Positions 58,835 through 64,000 of a stretch of 64,000 nt of DNA are shown here, piece after piece (the first letter of the stretch is position 1; every line of letters begins with the position of its first letter). The stretch is from a virus. The stretch is from positions 32,001 through 96,000 of the IMG/VR virus record IMGVR_UViG_3300048014_000057. One strand, written 5' to 3'. The notes under the pieces are model-generated. The model worked only from the letters and a program-made list of their open reading frames with translations, was not told the DNA's origin and made no database searches. The position numbers and the translations under genes were made by a program.

Positions 58835-59428
58835 ATGAGTCGTTGGGGAACATCAGATTATTCAAATAATACTTCTAAACAATATGCATTAGATACTTTT
58901 AATAAAGGTAATAATGCAATTGCAAATGGGAGTGCTCTTTATCATAATACTACCCCATCAGCCTTTACTAATGGAATGGTTCAAGGTTTATATGGTGTTA
59001 CTAATACAATGGTACAAGCCGCACAGGCAAATCATGCTACTCTTTTAAGTCAACCGGGATGGACTTTAGTTAGACAAGGTACTGGTCCTGTTCTAACAAT
59101 TACAGCTTCTCCTGGTGGTACTTCCTATAATAATACTGATGTTCTTACAATTTCAGGTAATGGTTGTGTAAATTGTACTTCTAATCCTGTTACTAATTCT
59201 ACTGGTGGTATTCTTTCATTTACAAATATTGTTCCTGGATTTGGATTTCCTAATACAGCCTATGTAACCAAAGCATTTGCAAATTCTACTGGTGGGGCTT
59301 CTTCTGGTTCTGGTGCTACCGTAGTTATTACTTTAGGTGGACGTGCAGGAAGAATTAATAGAGAAGTTTTAGTTGCTACAGGATCAATGATAAATGGAAA
59401 TGCTAGTTCACTTTTTCCAACTTCATAG
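58835..59428 (+). CDS. probable virion structural protein (G/T/N-rich)
   Basis: MS.WG..D start, PGW, GGRAGR...EVLVA end; late promoter upstream. Confidence 0.65.
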   Translation: MSRWGTSDYSNNTSKQYALDTFNKGNNAIANGSALYHNTTPSAFTNGMVQGLYGVTNTMVQAAQANHATLLSQPGWTLVRQGTGPVLTITASPGGTSYNNTDVLTISGNGCVNCTSNPVTNSTGGILSFTNIVPGFGFPNTAYVTKAFANSTGGASSGSGATVVITLGGRAGRINREVLVATGSMINGNASSLFPTS

Positions 59429-59453
59429 TTTTCTTTATAATTGAAAGAATCTA

Positions 59454-59747
59454 ATGTCTGGTAATAATTCAACAAGATTATCACAATTACAACCAAAATT
59501 ATATGCAGATGCTTCTGATCAATTAGTAGCATATTCAAATATTTCGTCTAATGACGTTTTAATTTCAGTTTCTAATTTATATTATAATACTACTTTATAT
59601 GTTAATAAAGTAGTATTACTTCAAAATAATACTCCTGCTAATTCATCTATAAATTCAATTACTAACAATATTTGGTCTGATGGTAATTATATATATGTTG
59701 CCACTGGAAATAATTCGGTTAAACGTGTTGCTCTAACTTCTTTCTAA
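59454..59747 (+). CDS. probable small virion protein
   Basis: TPANS....I.SD.NYIYVA...N..KRVAL..F, a tail-fibre-like end. Confidence 0.55.
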   Translation: MSGNNSTRLSQLQPKLYADASDQLVAYSNISSNDVLISVSNLYYNTTLYVNKVVLLQNNTPANSSINSITNNIWSDGNYIYVATGNNSVKRVALTSF

Positions 59748-60164
59748 TTTATAAAGGAAAAATAAATGTTACTTTCAGAAATTGAAAAATTAAATAAAAT
59801 ATCTCTTAAAATGTTACAAGATGAACCTCTTAACGAAGCCTATCATAAAGATGATCGATCTGCTTTAGATGAAATTAAAAAATTAATGAATCATCATACT
59901 GAAATGCAGATGCGTCATAAAGCCATGATGAATGGTTCCAAAGATAAAGACATGAGTAAACATGATCTTTGTTGTATGGCTCATTCTTTTGCCTGTAAAC
60001 ATTATGGAAATTTAGGAGCAAATGCTTATAATTATGGTGAATATGGTAATGGATTGCCACAAGATTATCATATAAATAAAGAATTTTATGATAAATTAAA
60101 TACAATGGTTTCTAAAAATGCTGATCAAAAATCAAAAGAATGTGGTGTAAATTGTGAATAATGA

Positions 60165-60560
60165 ATGGAAAATTTAACAGAAGAAAATTTTTTAGTATTA
60201 TGTGCCAAAAATTATAAAAATACTCAATGTTATTCTACTGAAGAATTTTTAGATGATATAAAAAGATTTAAATACTTAAAAAAAATATTTACTAGATATT
60301 CAAAAACAAACATTATAGATGAAAGGCTTGTTTTAAATCATATAATCATCTTAAATAATGTTTTTTATTCAAAATTTTTATGTCGTATATTTTTTCTAAA
60401 AATGCCTGATCAAATAAAATATATAAAACCATTTCTTTTATATTTAAATATTCTTCCTGAAGATGTTGAAAATGTCAATGGTATAAATTATAATACTATT
60501 GACATACCCATGGATGAAAAAATAATAAAAAAACTTAGGGAATTTAACAAAAAAATTTAA
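60165..60560 (+). CDS. conserved T4-like hypothetical protein
   Basis: LTEENF.....KNY...QC...EEF.DD.KRFKY.K, ERL.LNHIIIL.NVF. Confidence 0.8.
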   Translation: MENLTEENFLVLCAKNYKNTQCYSTEEFLDDIKRFKYLKKIFTRYSKTNIIDERLVLNHIIILNNVFYSKFLCRIFFLKMPDQIKYIKPFLLYLNILPEDVENVNGINYNTIDIPMDEKIIKKLREFNKKI

Positions 60561-60588
60561 ATAAATAATATAAAAGAAAGATGAAAAA

Positions 60589-60894
60589 ATGTTTTCTATA
60601 AATGAAATTAGTAAAGAAATACTAGATAAATTTATTAAAGATGCTCTTGAAAAGCATATGAAAACTTATATTGATGGACATACAAAAAAATCTTTATTAA
60701 TTAAACATATAAAAGATCAAAAAAAAGTTAAAGAAAAAAAATTATTTGATGAATCTGTAATAAAAGAAGAAGAACCTACAAATGTTATGGGTAATTCTTC
60801 TTCTAGTCAAGGTCCAATACAAACATTTGATCCTTTATTAGGAAATATAAAAAAAATAATTAAAAGAAAAATTAAAAAGAAAGATGTTATATAA
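60589..60894 (+). CDS. small basic protein carrying a copy of the gp23 mature N-terminal arm
   Basis: EEPTNVMGNSSSSQGPIQTFDPLL versus gp23 EEFPTNVMGTSSSVSGTGNIDTFDPIL. Confidence 0.7.
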   Translation: MFSINEISKEILDKFIKDALEKHMKTYIDGHTKKSLLIKHIKDQKKVKEKKLFDESVIKEEEPTNVMGNSSSSQGPIQTFDPLLGNIKKIIKRKIKKKDVI

Positions 60895-61307
60895 TGGATA
60901 TGACTTCTACTGTAAGTACATCTTTTTTAGGAATGAAATCATTTTTTACAATGATTGGTGGATTTCTTCTCATGATTGGTTCTACCTTAGAGCCTAATGT
61001 TGCAATATGGATAATTTCACTTGGTGGTTCTTTGTTATATATAGCTATTGGTCAAGATCAATCACTTAAAAATATCTTTTTTAATTTGATTATTGGATTG
61101 TTTTTTGGTATATTTGGTTCCCAATTGATGCATATTTGGGAACCTTTATTACCACAAATTGCTGTATCATTTTTTCTTTCAATGTTCGGAGTATCCACAA
61201 CACAATATATATTAAGAAATCTTAAAACAACTTCTTTTGTTGATATTATTTCTGCAATAATTTCTAAAATCATTCCTTGGTCATCGGAAAAATCAGGAAA
61301 AAAATAA
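60894..61307 (+). CDS. multi-TM membrane protein, holin candidate
   Basis: About four hydrophobic segments and a basic C-terminus. Confidence 0.5.
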   Translation: MDMTSTVSTSFLGMKSFFTMIGGFLLMIGSTLEPNVAIWIISLGGSLLYIAIGQDQSLKNIFFNLIIGLFFGIFGSQLMHIWEPLLPQIAVSFFLSMFGVSTTQYILRNLKTTSFVDIISAIISKIIPWSSEKSGKK

Positions 61308-61310
61308 AAA

Positions 61311-61673
61311 ATGACTTTTATACAATCCTTAAATCATTTTGCTTTATATATAATGCCATTAGATATCTGGAATTTTATTGAATCTACTTTTAGTATATTA
61401 TTAGTCATTGCTTGTATTATGCAAAGATCAAAATTAGATATATTTTCTTCATGTTCAACAAGATTATCTAAAACTTCTGTTAAAATTGGACAATTTGCCT
61501 TATATATTCAAATGATGCTAGGGATTTTGACTGCCGTAGATGGTTATTATAATTCTATCGATAATAAAGTTCATATATTACTTGCATTATTTGTTCTTTC
61601 TTCTTCTCTTACAAAATTTTCCGTATATTTAAACTTATTTGAAAAAACTGTTAAAATGGATACAATAGGATAA
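61311..61673 (+). CDS. three-TM membrane protein
   Basis: Three hydrophobic segments. Confidence 0.5.
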   Translation: MTFIQSLNHFALYIMPLDIWNFIESTFSILLVIACIMQRSKLDIFSSCSTRLSKTSVKIGQFALYIQMMLGILTAVDGYYNSIDNKVHILLALFVLSSSLTKFSVYLNLFEKTVKMDTIG

Positions 61674-61736
61674 TTTTTCTTGTTTTTCTATCTAAAATAG
61701 TATAGAATTACCCTCCGATCAAGAAAGGATTATTTT

Positions 61737-62729
61737 GTGAATCATTTACATCATAAATATATTTCATTATTATCTTCTTCTCTCAGAAATTTTCAGAAAA
61801 AATCAGAATCGTTATATAATTTTTCATGTCTATTTTGTGGAGATTCTAAAAAAAATACAAAGCGAGCAAGAGGTTATATATATGAAAAAGATGGAAATGT
61901 TGCATATTTTTGTCAGAAATGTAAAATATCAAAATCATTATCTAACTTTATTAAAGAAATAAACAATTCTTTATATGAAGAATATATAAAAGAATTATAT
62001 TTTGAAAAATATTATGAAGAAGAAAAAATAATTACCAAAAAACCTATTTTTTATGATACTAATATTTTTCAAAATTTGGTCTCAATAAAAAATATAAGTG
62101 AAAATGATCCATATAAAAAATATGTTATTAAAAGAAAAATACCAGAAAAATATTATAATTTATTATTTAAATGTGAAAATTTTAAAAATTTTACTAATAA
62201 TATAATACCAAATCTTTTTAATAAAGAATCTTTGAAAAAAGATGAATCTCGTTTATTAATACTATTCTTCTCAGAAAATAAAAAATTAATAGGTTATACA
62301 GGACGTGCTCTTGGTAATTCTGATATAAGATATATTAATATTGTTATAGATGAATCTCAACCAAAATTATATGGTTTGGAAAGATGGGAAAAAAATAAAA
62401 AAACTTATGTTGTAGAAGGTCCAATAGATTCTTTATTTTTAGATAATTGTCTTGCAACATCGGGTAATGATATGGTATCATCTTTATCCGGTTTTGATAA
62501 AGAAAATTTTGTTATAATTTATGATAATGAACGACGTTCAGAATTTACCAGAAAAAAAATAGAAAGAGCAATTCAGGCTGGTTATAAAGTTTGTATATGG
62601 CCTACCTATATACAAGAAAAAGACATAAATGATATGATAATTTCGGGTAAAACAAAAGAAGAAATAACAAATATTATTGAAGAAAATACTTTTCAAAATA
62701 TTAAAGCTCTTGCTAGATTGATAGTCTAA
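61737..62729 (+). CDS. gp61: DNA primase gp61
   Basis: C.FCGDS.K...ARG, C.KC, GR, VEGPIDSLF..N, DNE.R, KDIND. Confidence 0.96.
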   Translation: MNHLHHKYISLLSSSLRNFQKKSESLYNFSCLFCGDSKKNTKRARGYIYEKDGNVAYFCQKCKISKSLSNFIKEINNSLYEEYIKELYFEKYYEEEKIITKKPIFYDTNIFQNLVSIKNISENDPYKKYVIKRKIPEKYYNLLFKCENFKNFTNNIIPNLFNKESLKKDESRLLILFFSENKKLIGYTGRALGNSDIRYINIVIDESQPKLYGLERWEKNKKTYVVEGPIDSLFLDNCLATSGNDMVSSLSGFDKENFVIIYDNERRSEFTRKKIERAIQAGYKVCIWPTYIQEKDINDMIISGKTKEEITNIIEENTFQNIKALARLIV

Positions 62730-62772
62730 AAGAGATAAATACAAATTCCATACTAACTTAATTGGAGAAATA

Positions 62773-63609
62773 ATGAAACCTGATGATTTTCAGGCTAAAG
62801 TAATTTTAGCTTCTTGTACCTATAATTCTTATGATCCTCCAATATTTACAATACAAGCTCGTTATCCTCGTATGATACATTCAGAAGTAATAACACATAG
62901 AGTATTTTCGCGTAATGCTAGATCATCTAGGGCTGTTCCTGTATCTAAATTACTTCAAGAGGAAATTTATGTTCCTCATTTTATGAAGAATCAAGCTGGA
63001 ATGCAATCTTTTGAAGAATTTGATTTAGATGAATTAAAAGAAATTGAAAATAAATGGATTAGATTTGCCGAGGAAACACAAAAATTTTCCAAATGGTTAT
63101 CAGATAAAGGTGTCCATAAACAATGGGCTAATCGTCCTGTTGAATGGTTTGGGTATATTGATACTATTATAACTTCAACAGAATGGGATAATTTTTTTTC
63201 TCTTAGACTCCATAAAGATGCCATGCCAGAAATTAAAGAATTGGCTCTCTCTATGGATAAAGAAATTAGAAAAGTAATTGATGAATGTAAATTACAAAAA
63301 TTAAAAAATGGGGAATGGCATATTCCCTATGTATCATTACAAGAAGATTTTGAATTAGAAACAATATTAAAATTATCTGTTGCTCGTTGTGCTAGAATTT
63401 CATATTCTCCTTTTGATGGGAATGCTAGTTTAGAAAAAGAATTTAAAAGATATGAATTATTAAAACAACAAAAACATTGGAGCCCTTTTGAGCATCAAGC
63501 AAAGGTAGCAGATAAAAATGATATATGGACATATGATTTTGGATTAGAATCAAATTTATCCTATCCATGGGTTCAATATCGTAAATTAGTAGAATTAGAG
63601 GAAAAATGA
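62773..63609 (+). CDS. thyX: flavin-dependent thymidylate synthase
   Basis: HSE..THR.FSRN..SSRA.P, HKQ.ANR, NFF.LR, ARCAR.SY, H.SPFEH.A. Confidence 0.9.
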   Translation: MKPDDFQAKVILASCTYNSYDPPIFTIQARYPRMIHSEVITHRVFSRNARSSRAVPVSKLLQEEIYVPHFMKNQAGMQSFEEFDLDELKEIENKWIRFAEETQKFSKWLSDKGVHKQWANRPVEWFGYIDTIITSTEWDNFFSLRLHKDAMPEIKELALSMDKEIRKVIDECKLQKLKNGEWHIPYVSLQEDFELETILKLSVARCARISYSPFDGNASLEKEFKRYELLKQQKHWSPFEHQAKVADKNDIWTYDFGLESNLSYPWVQYRKLVELEEK

Positions 63610-64000
63610 ATATTCCATTTTATTTTGATGTTTTGATGGATGATATAAAAATTTATAGAAATCAAAGAATAGGAACAATTAGTTATGGTTCTAACTTAGA
63701 ATATAAAAAAACATGGGTAGAATATTTTAAATATTATTTTTATAATTATGAAAAAGAATCTTTTAATAGATTTAACTGGTTTCCTAATTTTAACTATATT
63801 ATAATTCATAAAGAATGTAATCCTAGTTTTAGTATTTTAGAAAAAGATATTTTTATTTCACATGAATATATTTTTGGTAAAGATTTTGATGAAGAAGAAT
63901 ATAGAATTAAAAAATTAAATTATTCTGCATGGTATGAAATGCAGAATAGATTAAAATTTCAAATTTAAGGGAGAAAAAAAATTGTTTAAAAATAGTTTAT

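Overview
This is a 64 kb segment of a very AT-rich, T4-like myovirus genome. Recognisable core genes include gp22 (partial), gp23, gp3, gp2, gp54-like, gp26/gp51, gp32, gp33, gp43, gp46 (with an intein), gp47, gp55, gp61, uvsW/X/Y, rnh, thyX, phoH, speD, def, clpP and two RNA ligases. Three markers point to an alphaproteobacterial host: GapR, a DUF1127 small protein, and a permuted two-piece tmRNA with an ANDN...A tag. The most striking content is RNA the ORF track misses: the two-piece tmRNA; a tRNA-Asn with a 91-nt three-hairpin insertion in its anticodon; a D-arm-less tRNA-Arg(TCT); a tRNA with no anticodon arm; a tRNA-Tyr with anticodon ATA; and a long-variable-arm tRNA-Ile(TAT). These sit alongside RNA-repair and ribosome-rescue proteins. 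Other notable items are a MotA/MotB-like three-gene membrane cassette, a small protein that copies the mature capsid N-terminal arm, a probable -1 frameshift joining gp26 and gp51, a Tad2/DUF2829-like gene broken by a 23-bp duplication, and a DnaA-box hairpin. All family assignments are motif recognition by eye; no database searches were run.
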